From positions 448,001-512,000 of the forward strand of contig OY761158.1 in assembly GCA_963664405.1 (NCBI GenBank): a stretch of DNA of 64,000 nucleotides. Reading direction: 5' to 3'. This stretch comes from Thermoanaerobaculia bacterium. GTDB taxonomy: Bacteria > Acidobacteriota > Thermoanaerobaculia > Multivoradales > Multivoraceae. The position numbers and the translations under genes are program-made. Shown here piece after piece: positions 27,670 through 37,941 of this stretch. How positions within the stretch are numbered: the stretch's first letter is position 1; every line of letters begins with the position of its first letter. The notes below the pieces were generated by a model, which was given only the letters and a program-made list of their open reading frames with translations, did no database searches and had not been told where the DNA came from.

Positions 27670-28611
27670 CTAGTTGGCCCAGCCACTCTTCGATTGCTCC
27701 CACGCTTCCTCAGCCGCCCAGGCCTCCATCAGCTCCCGCGCCCGGCGGCGGCGGCGCTGCGCGGCTACGACGGCAAGTATCGTGATCCCGAGCCACAGAG
27801 TGCTCGAGCCGGTCAGCAACGGGAGCCAACGCGACACCCAGATGCGGCGCCGGCGCCATTGAGCTTCGGCATCGAGCAACGATAAACCGGTCACCTCTTT
27901 CCAGGCTTGCGAGAAACTCGCTTCAGGTAGTTGAGCGAGAATGGAGGGAATGAGCTGCGCCCCGTTGCGTCGAACGCCCCAGGCGACAAAGTCGAAAGAA
28001 GCGGCGTAGGCGAGGCGCGCACTGCCGCGAGAGTGGCCAAAGGCCCGGTCGAGAGAGTCCAGGGAGGGAAGATCCCTAGCCAGAAGAGACGAAGAGAGTA
28101 CGACGGCATCACGCCACGCCCATCGACGCTCCACCCAGGAAGCGACTCCTTCGTCAAACCAGCGCGGCAACTTCCCCGCCGAAGCATCGTGCAGAGCCAT
28201 GTGAGCCGACTCATGGACCAACACCGAAAGCAGCCCCTGATACGGATAAGTCTCGACCAAGGCCAGTCGGATCCCTCCTACACGGCTTCGAGGCACTAAG
28301 AAGCCCGAAGCCCAAGGCGGCGCGAAAGCGTCGAGCCGCGCAAGTTCGCTGTCTCGCATCGTTCCGCGGGGGATAAGGAAAATGCGATAGGGCGCTCTCG
28401 GGCTCACGCCAAGCTCTCGATAGAGCTCGGGAAGGGCCACGCGGGCATCTTCCGCCAGGGCCTCGAGCACGCCCTCGAGCTCCGCCGGCGCCTCGAGAAC
28501 GCAGCTGCCCACCGCGATGTGGACGCGCGCGGCCTCGAGCGCGCCGCAGCAGCACAGCCAGGCCGCCGAGAGGAGTACAGCTCTTTGCCACCGCTTCGGC
28601 AACAGGCTCAA
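27670..28611 (-). CDS. Peptidase MA-like metalloprotease, membrane-anchored
   Basis: HESAH (HEXXH) followed by PRWFDEG; signal peptide and C-terminal TM. Confidence 0.8.
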   Translation of the reverse strand: MSLLPKRWQRAVLLSAAWLCCCGALEAARVHIAVGSCVLEAPAELEGVLEALAEDARVALPELYRELGVSPRAPYRIFLIPRGTMRDSELARLDAFAPPWASGFLVPRSRVGGIRLALVETYPYQGLLSVLVHESAHMALHDASAGKLPRWFDEGVASWVERRWAWRDAVVLSSSLLARDLPSLDSLDRAFGHSRGSARLAYAASFDFVAWGVRRNGAQLIPSILAQLPEASFSQAWKEVTGLSLLDAEAQWRRRRIWVSRWLPLLTGSSTLWLGITILAVVAAQRRRRRARELMEAWAAEEAWEQSKSGWAN

Positions 28612-29624
28612 AGCGCAGAGGTGAAGCCGACCCTCTGCTTCACCAGTTCGATCTTGGGCTCGGCTATGGCCCGCGCCGCTTCGGCGCCTACCGCCAACAG
28701 GCGATCGAGCTCCCGCTCATCCTTCATCAATTCCTCAAAACGAGCGCGAATAGGACGCACCTCCGCCACCACCGCCTCCGCGACGCTCTGCTTGAGATCG
28801 CCGTAGCCACGAGCATTGGCGAAGTCCGCTTCGACGTCCTCCTTCGATTTGGAGGTGAGTACCTGGTAGATCGTGAGTAGGTTCTTCACGCCGGCCCTCT
28901 CCGGGTCCTCGGAAAATAGAATCTGCCGTCCGGAGTCGGTGACCGCCCTGCGAAGACTTCGCTCGATCTCGTCGTCCGAGTCGGTGAGGAGGATCGCATG
29001 GCCACGCACATCGGTGCTCTTGGACATCTTCTGCGCTGGATCGTCCAGCCCCATGATGCGTGCGCCGAGCCGAGGGATCACCCCCTCCGGCAGGACGAAG
29101 GTGTCGCCGTAAAGTTGGTTGAAGCGCTGCGCAATGTCGCGACACAGCTCGATATGCTGCTTCTGGTCCTCGCCGACTGGGACCTCGTCCGCGTCGTAGA
29201 GGAGAATATCGGAGCTCTGCAGGACCGGATAAGTGAGCAGCCCGGTCGACACACTCTTCTGCTGCGCGGACTTCGCCTTGTACTGAGTCATCCGCTCCAA
29301 CCAGCCAAGCGGCGTAACGCAGCCGAGAATCCAAGCGCACTCCGCATGGGCGCACACGTGGCTCTGCACGAAAAGCGTCGTGCGCTGCGGATCAATCCCG
29401 CAAGCAAAGAGCTGCGCCGCTAGCTCGCGCGTGCGCTCAGCCAGAGCCCGCGGATCCGGCGAAGAGCTGATGGCGTGCATGTCGACGATACAGATGAAGT
29501 TCTCTTTCTCACCCTGTCCGGCGACCCATTGGCGAATCGCCCCAATGTAGTTGCCGAGGTGTAGGGCCCCCGAAGGTTGGATGCCTGAGAACACGCGTTT
29601 CTTTTTGGCAGCCTCGAGCGTCAT
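28608..29624 (-). CDS. trpS: Tryptophan--tRNA ligase
   Basis: FSGIQPSG..HLGNY, VPVGEDQKQH, KMSKS. Confidence 0.97.
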   Translation of the reverse strand: MTLEAAKKKRVFSGIQPSGALHLGNYIGAIRQWVAGQGEKENFICIVDMHAISSSPDPRALAERTRELAAQLFACGIDPQRTTLFVQSHVCAHAECAWILGCVTPLGWLERMTQYKAKSAQQKSVSTGLLTYPVLQSSDILLYDADEVPVGEDQKQHIELCRDIAQRFNQLYGDTFVLPEGVIPRLGARIMGLDDPAQKMSKSTDVRGHAILLTDSDDEIERSLRRAVTDSGRQILFSEDPERAGVKNLLTIYQVLTSKSKEDVEADFANARGYGDLKQSVAEAVVAEVRPIRARFEELMKDERELDRLLAVGAEAARAIAEPKIELVKQRVGFTSAL

Positions 29625-29627
29625 GCG

Positions 29628-31145
29628 TCAACCTCGCGCAGCGATTTCTCCGGCCTCTTGCGACGCCGGTCCGAACAGGCCCCCTACGATACACACCGAG
29701 TAGTTGAGCGCAAGACCCCATAGCCCGGCGCTGAACCCGAGCGGCGCCCTTTCCTCCCAGATACCGAACATCGCACCACCCCAGATGAGGAGAGTCAGCA
29801 GAGTGCCCAGGAGCATACCGGCGAAAACCGCGCCTTCTTGCAGCCGTCGCCAAAACAGGCCCAGCAAGAACACCGGAGAGAGCTGCACCAAGAATTCGAG
29901 TTTGAGCCGGATCAGCAGCCATAGCGAGCTTTCCGTCTTGAGCGACACCCACGCCATCAGAATCAACACCGCCATCACCACCCAGCCAAACACCTTGCCG
30001 ACCAAGAGCAACTGACGAGAGTCGGCGCTCGGTCGCACATGGACCTTGTAGATGTCCTTGGTGAACATCGAGCCCATGCTGAGTAGGGCCGAGTCCGCTG
30101 TCGACATGATCGCCGCTACCAGAGCAGCGAAGACCACTACGACCAACCAGTAGGTGAACACGCTCTCTCCGATGATGTCCGAAAGTACGAAGACGGTTAC
30201 TTTGTCGCTCTCCAGCTGGCTCAGGCCAGGGAAGCGACTCAGCGCCATGAACCCGATCAGAAAGGCGAGAAAGGTCGTCGCGAAAGGCATGAACGACATT
30301 CCCGCCAAGGACCTCCGCAGGGTCGTCAAGGAACGAGCGGCGAAGATGCGCTGGATCGCATGAGGATAGATCGAAGCGCCCAGACCTAGCAGGATCAAGT
30401 TGGAGATCCACACTCGAACGCCATGGCTACCCGGTACCTGAAGCTTCTCGGGCTCGGCCTCGACGATGACCGCAGTCGCTGCGGGGATCCCACCCTGCGA
30501 GGTGAGGAGGATGTAGAGGATGCAGCTGCAACCGACGAGCAGAAGGCCGCCTTGCACAACATCGGTCCAGGCGACGGACCTCATTCCGCCAAGAGACTCG
30601 TAGACCAACATCACCACCGCCAGAGTCAGAACTCCGGCCATGAAGCCGACCTTCCCGCTCGAGATCCCCTCGATCGCATGCCCCATCGCCACCAGCTGTT
30701 CCAAGATGTAATTCGCCAGCCCCCAACACAACAAGATCACGCTGAGAATCCGCAAGCGATGGGAGCCGAAGCGATGAAATATGTAGTCCGAGGGCGTGAT
30801 GTAGCCGAAGCGGCGAGCAAGACGGAAAAGTCTGGGTGCGTAGATCATCATCGAGGTGATGATCAGAATCATGAAAGTAATACTCGCAATGTATGTGCCC
30901 CCCTGCTGGTAGGCACGACCGGCAAATCCGAGCAGAGTGTTGCCACTGTACTGAGTGGCGAACAGGGTCAGAAAAAGAACAGCGAGACCAAAGCTCGAGC
31001 CGCCGAGGTAGAAGTCTCTGAGTGACTCCTCCTTGCGACTGGCACGCCCCGCCCAGCCGAGAAGAAGGACCACCACCAGGTAGATTCCGACAATGACCAG
31101 CGCTCCGTTGCCCAGTTCGAGGGTATCGGGACCGGTCACGCCCAT
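29628..31145 (-). CDS. Sodium:solute symporter (PanF/PutP-like)
   Basis: Multi-TM; ATQYSGNT, GGMRSVAWTDVVQG, AAIMSTADS. Confidence 0.92.
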   Translation of the reverse strand: MGVTGPDTLELGNGALVIVGIYLVVVLLLGWAGRASRKEESLRDFYLGGSSFGLAVLFLTLFATQYSGNTLLGFAGRAYQQGGTYIASITFMILIITSMMIYAPRLFRLARRFGYITPSDYIFHRFGSHRLRILSVILLCWGLANYILEQLVAMGHAIEGISSGKVGFMAGVLTLAVVMLVYESLGGMRSVAWTDVVQGGLLLVGCSCILYILLTSQGGIPAATAVIVEAEPEKLQVPGSHGVRVWISNLILLGLGASIYPHAIQRIFAARSLTTLRRSLAGMSFMPFATTFLAFLIGFMALSRFPGLSQLESDKVTVFVLSDIIGESVFTYWLVVVVFAALVAAIMSTADSALLSMGSMFTKDIYKVHVRPSADSRQLLLVGKVFGWVVMAVLILMAWVSLKTESSLWLLIRLKLEFLVQLSPVFLLGLFWRRLQEGAVFAGMLLGTLLTLLIWGGAMFGIWEERAPLGFSAGLWGLALNYSVCIVGGLFGPASQEAGEIAARG

Positions 31146-31185
31146 GGCTCCCGGAGGAAAGCGCGAAACAGAACGACTGCGCTCA

Positions 31186-31422
31186 CTACTGGTCGTCCTC
31201 CCAGCAGAACAGGCATACGAACGCAGTCACCGCGGAGATTCCGAGCGAAGAAGCCAACGCAGTCCACATCCAGATCGGCAAGCCACCCACCAGTCGGCCC
31301 ATCGTTCCCGTAGGGAGATACCAGGGCACGCTGACCGCGATCAACAAGAGAATCAGAGGCAAGAAGAAGCGCCGCTGCATCGGCTCCCGCTGCGGCTTGA
31401 TCTCCTGCCAGAAACGCTCCAT
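31186..31422 (-). CDS. Small two-TM SSS partner protein (DUF3311/DUF997-like)
   Basis: VPWY...GLP.W pattern directly upstream of the SSS gene; start uncertain. Confidence 0.6.
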   Translation of the reverse strand: MERFWQEIKPQREPMQRRFFLPLILLLIAVSVPWYLPTGTMGRLVGGLPIWMWTALASSLGISAVTAFVCLFCWEDDQ

Positions 31423-31585
31423 GTCGCGCTCACCGGCGTACTCGGCTACGCGCGACTCCGCCGGAACCTTCGTCATCTGCACCCTCCCATCCTTGCCTCC
31501 ACCGCCAGCCTGCGAGATTCGGCGATTCGCGCCATGATACCCGAGTGCGCGAGGTACACTTCGTTGCGCAAGACGGGAGCTCTCG

Positions 31586-33088
31586 ATGCAAAAAGACACA
31601 CCCCTCCACCGCTTTCCCGTGCTCTGGGGCGAGATCGCCGACTTGCGCGCGTGCGAAGAGAATCTGCACTGGGATCAAGAGACGATGATGCCGCCCGGGG
31701 GGCAGCTCGCCAGAGCCGAGCTGCTCGCAACCGTTGCAGGACTCAGACACCGCGCGCTGACTTCTGAGGAGCTCGCCGACACCATTGCCGCCAATCTCGG
31801 CAGCGACCGAATCGACGAGGTCGAGCGCCATCAGCTCCTCGAAGCGCAGCACGAGCGTGAGCGAGCGACCCAAGTTCCTGAACGACTCGTCCAAGCGCTG
31901 GCGATCGCCGGGAGCGAGGGCATTGCCCGTTGGCGAGAAGCGAGAGATCAGAGCGACTTCTCCATCTTCGCCCCGGCCTTGAAGCGCATAGTCGAACTGC
32001 TAAGAGAAGAGGCGCAGACTCGTACCGTAGGCGACCACCTCTATGACGGACTGCTGGAAGAGTATGAGCCACGAGCCCGCACTGCCGACCTGTTGCCACT
32101 CTTCGACACACTGGGCCGCGAGCTCTCGCGGATCGTCGCGCAGGTGGTCGATAGCGGCAGAGTCGTAGACGAGAGCGTCGCCCGCGGCGAGTTCCCCGAA
32201 TCGGCGCAACTCGAATTCGGCAAGTGGGTCGCGTCCACCATCGGATTCGACTTCGATCGCGGTCGAATCGATGCCTCGGCTCACCCCTTCTGCAGCGGCC
32301 TCGCTCCCGGCGATGTCCGAATTACCTGGCGATCTGACCCCGAAGACTTTCGGCCGGGACTCTTCGGCATCCTCCACGAAGCCGGCCACGGGATCTACGA
32401 ACAGGGCCTCCCGCCCGAGTGGCAGCGAACTCCCCTAGGCAAGGCGCGCTCGATGGGCGTCCACGAGTCCCAATCCAGGCTCTGGGAGAATCATGTAGGG
32501 CGACACGCTGGATTCTGGCGTTATGTCCTTCCCCGATTTCGCGAGGCGTTCCCCGCCTGGCGCCCAGCCACGGTCGAGGAGCTGTGGCCCGCTCTGCATA
32601 GGATCGCGCCATCACTGATCCGCGTCGAAGCCGACGAGGTGACCTACAATCTGCACGTTCTGGCTCGCTTTCGCCTCGAGCTGGCAATGGTCTCGGACGA
32701 TCTCCAGGTCGACGATCTCCCGACAGCTTGGAACGACACCTACAACGAGTTGTTGGGGGTATGCCCTCAAAACGACGTCGAGGGTGTTCTACAGGACATT
32801 CACTGGGCCTCAGGCCTTTTTGGCTACTTTCCCACCTACACCCTGGGGAGCCTGCTCAGCGCGCAGCTCTTCGCGGCCGCCGAAGCCGACCTCGGCGATC
32901 TGGAGAACAGCTTCGCCGGCGGCGACTTCAGCGGCCTCAAGCAGTGGCTCGCCTGTCACATTCACCAGCACGGTAGTCGCTACACAGCGGCAGAGCTTAT
33001 CGAGAGCGCTACGCAGGAACCGCTGTCCTCGGCAGCCTTTCTCGCCTACGTCGGCACCAAAGCGGAGCGCCTCTATGGAGTGGCCTAG
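31586..33088 (+). CDS. Carboxypeptidase M32 (Taq-like)
   Basis: WDQET.MP, HPF, HEAGH, HESQSR, IRVEADE, QDIHW, GYFPTY. Confidence 0.95.
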   Translation: MQKDTPLHRFPVLWGEIADLRACEENLHWDQETMMPPGGQLARAELLATVAGLRHRALTSEELADTIAANLGSDRIDEVERHQLLEAQHERERATQVPERLVQALAIAGSEGIARWREARDQSDFSIFAPALKRIVELLREEAQTRTVGDHLYDGLLEEYEPRARTADLLPLFDTLGRELSRIVAQVVDSGRVVDESVARGEFPESAQLEFGKWVASTIGFDFDRGRIDASAHPFCSGLAPGDVRITWRSDPEDFRPGLFGILHEAGHGIYEQGLPPEWQRTPLGKARSMGVHESQSRLWENHVGRHAGFWRYVLPRFREAFPAWRPATVEELWPALHRIAPSLIRVEADEVTYNLHVLARFRLELAMVSDDLQVDDLPTAWNDTYNELLGVCPQNDVEGVLQDIHWASGLFGYFPTYTLGSLLSAQLFAAAEADLGDLENSFAGGDFSGLKQWLACHIHQHGSRYTAAELIESATQEPLSSAAFLAYVGTKAERLYGVA

Positions 33089-33341
33089 ACCAGCGTTTCC
33101 AAAGTTCGTGCTGCATAGCTCGAGCTCATTCTGTTCGCTGGCTAGGAGCCTGCGAGGCAGGCGAGTAGTTCTCAGGCGGGGATGGGCCGGAGAACGGGCC
33201 GCAGGTCCGTTTTCTGGGGCTAGGCACGCCGACGCAGGCATATTGGGCAATATGTCGAGGAGCGCGGGGGCGCCTAGCCAACGCCGGCAGCGGGCAGAAG
33301 GGGCCGAGATATGTGCGCGAACTTTGGTAACGCTGGTCTAG
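33085..33341. repeat. Family A element copy 2 (257 bp) carrying a nested family B element
   Basis: Near-identical to 4851-5016 except for a CTAG-flanked insert at 33142-33223 and about 13 extra nt near 33263. Confidence 0.92.
33142..33223. repeat. CTAG-bounded family B element (82 bp) nested in A copy 2
   Basis: CTAG at both ends; reverse-complement match to 14950-15033 plus 18365-18371. Confidence 0.88.
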
Positions 33342-33392
33342 AATAAAGTCTGAGACCACGTTGTTCACCTGGCAGAGAGCAGGGACCGAATC

Positions 33393-34292
33393 GTGAACCA
33401 TCGATCTATTTCGCACACCGCAAGGCCCAAACAAGGGGTGGCAGGGCATCTCCTCCTCGCCTTGGCGATCCTCCTCTTGCCTCTTACGCAGTTCCCATTA
33501 CAGGCCCAGGCCGACCAGACTCCTCGTTTCGAGCCTCTCGGCCTCTTCCTCTTCGAGCTCGACGGCAAGGTGCTACCCGACGCGGAGATCTATTACTCGG
33601 GCCAAGTCGGCGCGGTTTTGGTGCTGACCCCTGAGCTGCCGTACCCAATCGCTGTGGTCCAGCGAAATCAAACACTTCAGCGACTGGTTTCCAGCGAGCT
33701 CATCAAAGACCCCGCTGGCTTCATCGCCTGGTCGCTACCGGCAACCAAGACTGCCATCGGCGAGATCCGTCTCCTCGAAGACAACCTGCCCGCCTTCAGC
33801 GTGGAGGGCAAAGAGGCCCGTTTCCGGACCAAGCCACCCCTACTCGGTCCAGCTACGCTGGAAGACATCGTGCGTTACGACCCATCCTACGCATATCGGG
33901 CTAGGCCTTTCCAGCCCGAGCCGGGCTATATGAGCGCCCTGGAGCAAGTCGACACTGACACCTTGGTGAAGATCTATTTTTCCACCGACTGTGATGTCTG
34001 CCGTGAGCTCCTGCCCAATATCATCAAGGTAGCCCAGGAGCTCGACAACCCAAATCTACGTATCGAATTCTTTGGGCTGCCTCTGAAAGCCAGCGAGCAT
34101 CCGGTGGGTCGAGAAATGAACATCACGACCTTCCCGACCGGTATCGTTTACTCCGACGGCGTAGAGGTGGGCCGCGCCCACGGACACGGCTGGAGATTCC
34201 CGTCGATGGCGATTCATCATGGCATCAGCGGGATCAAGGTGGACGTCGAAAAGTTACTCGAGCGACAATCGGCGCCGCCGCCGCCCAAGTAG
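33393..34292 (+). CDS. Exported thioredoxin-domain protein
   Basis: Signal peptide; C-terminal CDVC with cis-Pro ITTFPT and G.EVGR. Confidence 0.75.
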   Translation: MNHRSISHTARPKQGVAGHLLLALAILLLPLTQFPLQAQADQTPRFEPLGLFLFELDGKVLPDAEIYYSGQVGAVLVLTPELPYPIAVVQRNQTLQRLVSSELIKDPAGFIAWSLPATKTAIGEIRLLEDNLPAFSVEGKEARFRTKPPLLGPATLEDIVRYDPSYAYRARPFQPEPGYMSALEQVDTDTLVKIYFSTDCDVCRELLPNIIKVAQELDNPNLRIEFFGLPLKASEHPVGREMNITTFPTGIVYSDGVEVGRAHGHGWRFPSMAIHHGISGIKVDVEKLLERQSAPPPPK

Positions 34293-34310
34293 CCTCCGGC
34301 CCGTCCGAAG

Positions 34311-35519
34311 ATGCACCTTCTCCGGGCGCTGCTGCTGGTCGTCGTTCTCCCTGCCGCGCACGCAGCAGAGCCGGCGCCGCTGCTGTTGATCTCGATCGAC
34401 GGTTTCCGCTGGGACTACCTCGAGATCCACCAGGCTCCGCATCTCGAGCGGCTTGCGCGCGAGGGGGCACAGGCGCGAAGCTTGATTCCCGTCTTCCCGA
34501 CCAAGACCTTTCCCAACCACTACACCATTGTTACCGGCCTCTATCCCGAGCACCATGGGATCGTCGCCAATACGATGAAGGATCCCGAGCTCGGCTCCTT
34601 CAGTCTGAGCAACAGAAGAGCTGTGGAAGATGGAAGATGGTGGGGCGGAGAACCGTTATGGTCAACGGCCGAAAAGCAGGGAGTGCGCGCCGCAACATGC
34701 TTCTGGCCTGGTTCTGAGGCCGAAATCGGAGGCATCCGCCCAAGCTACTGGCGGCGCTACGACAAGTCCTTTGCCGCGGAGTCCAGAGTCGAGCTCGTAC
34801 TGCAATGGCTCGACCTGCCCGCTGAGGAGCGCCCCGGACTCGTCACTCTCTACTTCAGTGACGTCGACACTGCAGGGCACGAGCACGGACCTGAATCGAA
34901 GGAAACGGCTACCGCGGTCGCCAAGGTTGATCAAATGATCGGACGTTTGCTGCAGGGCCTCGAAGAAAGAGGTCTGCTCGAGTCCATGCACCTTCTCGTG
35001 GTCTCGGATCACGGCATGGCAGTGACCCCTCGCGAGCAGGTCGTCTACCTCGGAGATCATGTGGATCTGCGCGGCATCGAGGTGAGCGGCGGCAGCCCTG
35101 CTCTCCTCCTCCGGCCACCACCTGGAGAAGAAGGGGACGTCCTAGCCGCTCTTCAGAAGGGCCACCCCCGGCTCCATGCGCTGCAACTACGAGACGCACC
35201 ACCAGAGTGGCACTACCTCGAGCACAGGCGGATTCCTCCTCTCTTGGCCATTGTCGACGAGGGCTGGAATCTGCGCACGAAGAGGAGCGGTCTCCCACCC
35301 CCTCGCGGTATGCACGGCTACGATCCACGGTTGCCTTCCATGCACGGCATCCTTCTGGGACGCGGCCCGGGTCTGGCTAGAGGAGCTCGGATCGAAGCGG
35401 TCGAGAACGTACATCTCTACGCACTCATGTGCCACCTCCTCGGCCTCGAACCGGCAGCCAATGACGGCAACCTCGAAGCGGTGCGAGGAATGCTCGGCTC
35501 CGCAAACCGGGAAAATTGA
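34311..35519 (+). CDS. Ectonucleotide pyrophosphatase/phosphodiesterase (alkaline phosphatase superfamily)
   Basis: ISIDGFR, PTKTFPNHYTIVTGLYPEHHGI, D..GH, SDHGM, GMHGYD. Confidence 0.93.
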   Translation: MHLLRALLLVVVLPAAHAAEPAPLLLISIDGFRWDYLEIHQAPHLERLAREGAQARSLIPVFPTKTFPNHYTIVTGLYPEHHGIVANTMKDPELGSFSLSNRRAVEDGRWWGGEPLWSTAEKQGVRAATCFWPGSEAEIGGIRPSYWRRYDKSFAAESRVELVLQWLDLPAEERPGLVTLYFSDVDTAGHEHGPESKETATAVAKVDQMIGRLLQGLEERGLLESMHLLVVSDHGMAVTPREQVVYLGDHVDLRGIEVSGGSPALLLRPPPGEEGDVLAALQKGHPRLHALQLRDAPPEWHYLEHRRIPPLLAIVDEGWNLRTKRSGLPPPRGMHGYDPRLPSMHGILLGRGPGLARGARIEAVENVHLYALMCHLLGLEPAANDGNLEAVRGMLGSANREN

Positions 35520-35553
35520 CCGTTCAAAATAGGCAGCGGCCTTTTGCAACGGC

Positions 35554-35581
35554 TTGACTTACGCTTTATTTACGCCATACT
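35554..35581 (+). promoter_or_regulatory. Putative sigma70 promoter of imuAB with overlapping TTACGC direct repeat (candidate SOS operator)
   Basis: TTGACT (35554) and CATACT (35576); TTACGC at 35559 and 35570, an 11-bp period. Confidence 0.5.
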
Positions 35582-35627
35582 TGTCTACTCCGGCGCAAGC
35601 GACTGCCGGCATTGGGTCTTTGGCGTC

Positions 35628-36401
35628 ATGTCTCCCCCCGCTCTCCCACATTCTCTCCATCGCCAACTGCATACGGCTCGCGATCTGCTCGAGCGGCGAT
35701 CTACCCAGGAGGGAGAGGAAGCCCTTCCCGTTAACCTCCCCGCACTAGAGAAGCTTTTCCCTCACGGCCTGCTCCGCAGTGAGCTACTGGAGCTCGTGGG
35801 CACCTGTAGCAGCGGACGATTCTCGCTGGTGATGTCCCTGTTGGGAGCCGCAACCTCAGTGGGTGAAGCGGTAACGCTGGTCGATCTGGGCGACCAATTC
35901 GACCCTCAGTCGGCGGCAAGCGCAGATGTTCTCCTCGAGCGTCTTCTCTGGCTGCGTCCTACCGATCTGAGAGCAGCTCTCGCGGCTACGGAGACGGCGA
36001 TCACCGGTGGCCTCTCTCTTGTCGTCCTCGACCTCGGTACACCCCCGATCCCGGGGGGGAGAGGCGCTCAAAGCTCTTGGCAGCGCCTCCTACAGAAGGC
36101 TCGGACTCATCGAGTCACGCTACTTGTATCGAGTCCCTATCGGGTGTGTGGAGCAGCAGCCACCATCGTTGTCGAAACAGTGAGACAGAGAGCGAAATGG
36201 CAGGGCCGCAACGCATCTAATCTCTTACTGCGAGCCGTGCGCTCTCGAATGACCCTCGGCAAAGTTCGAGGAGCGATGTCAGGAGCCAATGTCGAGCTCA
36301 CTCTTCGCTACGACCAGGGCGCGGTACAAGAGGATCTCGCGATCTCCGACGAAGCTGTGAGCAGCAGTGACACAACCACCAGGGCGATCGATGCAGCTTG
36401 A
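35628..36401 (+). CDS. imuA: ImuA (RecA-like mutasome protein)
   Basis: Degenerate Walker A G..SSGRFSL, VD..DQFDP.SA, LERLLW.RP, LVVLDLG; directly upstream of imuB. Confidence 0.85.
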   Translation: MSPPALPHSLHRQLHTARDLLERRSTQEGEEALPVNLPALEKLFPHGLLRSELLELVGTCSSGRFSLVMSLLGAATSVGEAVTLVDLGDQFDPQSAASADVLLERLLWLRPTDLRAALAATETAITGGLSLVVLDLGTPPIPGGRGAQSSWQRLLQKARTHRVTLLVSSPYRVCGAAATIVVETVRQRAKWQGRNASNLLLRAVRSRMTLGKVRGAMSGANVELTLRYDQGAVQEDLAISDEAVSSSDTTTRAIDAA

Positions 36402-37941
36402 CCGCCTGCTCGCCAAGCCCAGGCTTGCCTGTATCTGCTGCCCGCTATTCCCTCTCGCAGCCCGCCTTCGCAGCGAGCCTGAGCTACTCCACGAGGCACT
36501 CGCGATCTTCGAAGGCAACGGCCACAACGCTCGTGTCATCGCTGCGACTCGTGCTGCGCGCCAGGCAGGCGTCCGCCCAGGCCTCAGTTTGCCTCAGGCA
36601 CGCGCTCTAGTACCCAAGCTCGTCGCTCGAGCTCGCGACGAAGAGTGCGAGCACACCGCTCAGGAAGCTCTCCTCGAAATCGTCGAGTCCTTCTCGCCGC
36701 GCGTCGAGGTCGGGTCTGAAGGGATTGCCTACCTCGACATCCGAGGACTCGGCCGCCGCTTTCGTGGCCCCACTCCTGAAGTAGAGCTGGGAAAAACGCT
36801 GATTCACGCTCTCGACCGAGAGGGATTACCGACGCGTGTCGGAATTGCTTCAAACAAGCTCGGGGCGCTCGTCGCCGCGGGGCTGTATCCAACACCTACC
36901 CTGGTACCGATTGGAGACGAGGAGGCGTTTCTTTCCCCTCTCCCACTTGAAAGACTCTCACCGCAACTAGGGATAGCCGCCACCTTGAAGCGCTGGGGGA
37001 TCGGCTCCATCGGAGAGTTCGCACGCATTCCAGCGGCTGAGATCTCGAGCCGGCTCGGAGACGCGGGGCGAGATCTCCATGCCAGCGCTCGCGGACTAGA
37101 CCTCCACCCTCTGGTTCCTAGGGCGGCTCCTGCCGGCTTTCGAGAAGGCATGAACCTCGAATGGCCTCTGGTGACTCTGGAGCCCTTCCTCTTTCTCGCA
37201 AGCACAGCTCTCGAGCGACTGTGCCGGCGTCTAGACAACCGAGGGCTGGGTTGCGCGAAGCTCGAGCTTTCTTTGCGCCTCGAGCCCGACGGCTTCCACG
37301 AGCGCAGCATCACCTTGCCCAGCCCTACCCACGACGCAAGAACCCTTCTCACCTTGGTACGCCTCGATCTCGAAGAGCACAGCCCAGGAGCGCCGGTCAC
37401 CGGATTCACCCTGGTCGCCATTCCCGATCGGCCACGATCCGCCCAGCTCTCTCTTCTCGGGCCAGCGGCGCTCTCTCCGGAAAAACTGGCGACCACCTTA
37501 GCCCGTCTGTTTGCCCTTCTGGGTCCAGGGCGGGTTGGCTCTCCACGCAAAGCGGAAGGCCACCGCCCTGAGCGCTTCACCATGACCGAGTTCCAGCCTC
37601 CCCCTCCTCCGGACATTCGCTCGCGACCGGCCCGAGCTCGCGGCCTCTTGGCGGTGCGTGTGCTGCGCCCTGCCATCGAGCTCGAAGTGGAGACTCCAAA
37701 GCAAGACGGCACCAACAACGAGCCTACCTCTCTGCGACCTCTCGAGCCGCAGAAGCTCGGCAAGAGGGCCGGTGGAGCGGTCCGCGTCGCTGCCGGGCCC
37801 TGGGAGCTCGAAGAAGGCTGGTGGACCGAGGCCCCTGTTCGCCGGGAGTATTGGGATATCGAGATGAGGAGCGGCGACCTGTATCGGATCTACCGTGACC
37901 GCAGCAGCCACCGCTGGTTCATCGACGGCATCTACGATTGA
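36367..37941 (+). CDS. imuB: ImuB (catalytically inactive Y-family polymerase)
   Basis: AR.AGV.PG..L.QARA, FSPRVE..EG.AYLD (no catalytic DE), clamp-binding QLSLL, C-terminal GPW...GWW..REYW..G.YD. Confidence 0.9.
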   Translation: MTQPPGRSMQLDRLLAKPRLACICCPLFPLAARLRSEPELLHEALAIFEGNGHNARVIAATRAARQAGVRPGLSLPQARALVPKLVARARDEECEHTAQEALLEIVESFSPRVEVGSEGIAYLDIRGLGRRFRGPTPEVELGKTLIHALDREGLPTRVGIASNKLGALVAAGLYPTPTLVPIGDEEAFLSPLPLERLSPQLGIAATLKRWGIGSIGEFARIPAAEISSRLGDAGRDLHASARGLDLHPLVPRAAPAGFREGMNLEWPLVTLEPFLFLASTALERLCRRLDNRGLGCAKLELSLRLEPDGFHERSITLPSPTHDARTLLTLVRLDLEEHSPGAPVTGFTLVAIPDRPRSAQLSLLGPAALSPEKLATTLARLFALLGPGRVGSPRKAEGHRPERFTMTEFQPPPPPDIRSRPARARGLLAVRVLRPAIELEVETPKQDGTNNEPTSLRPLEPQKLGKRAGGAVRVAAGPWELEEGWWTEAPVRREYWDIEMRSGDLYRIYRDRSSHRWFIDGIYD

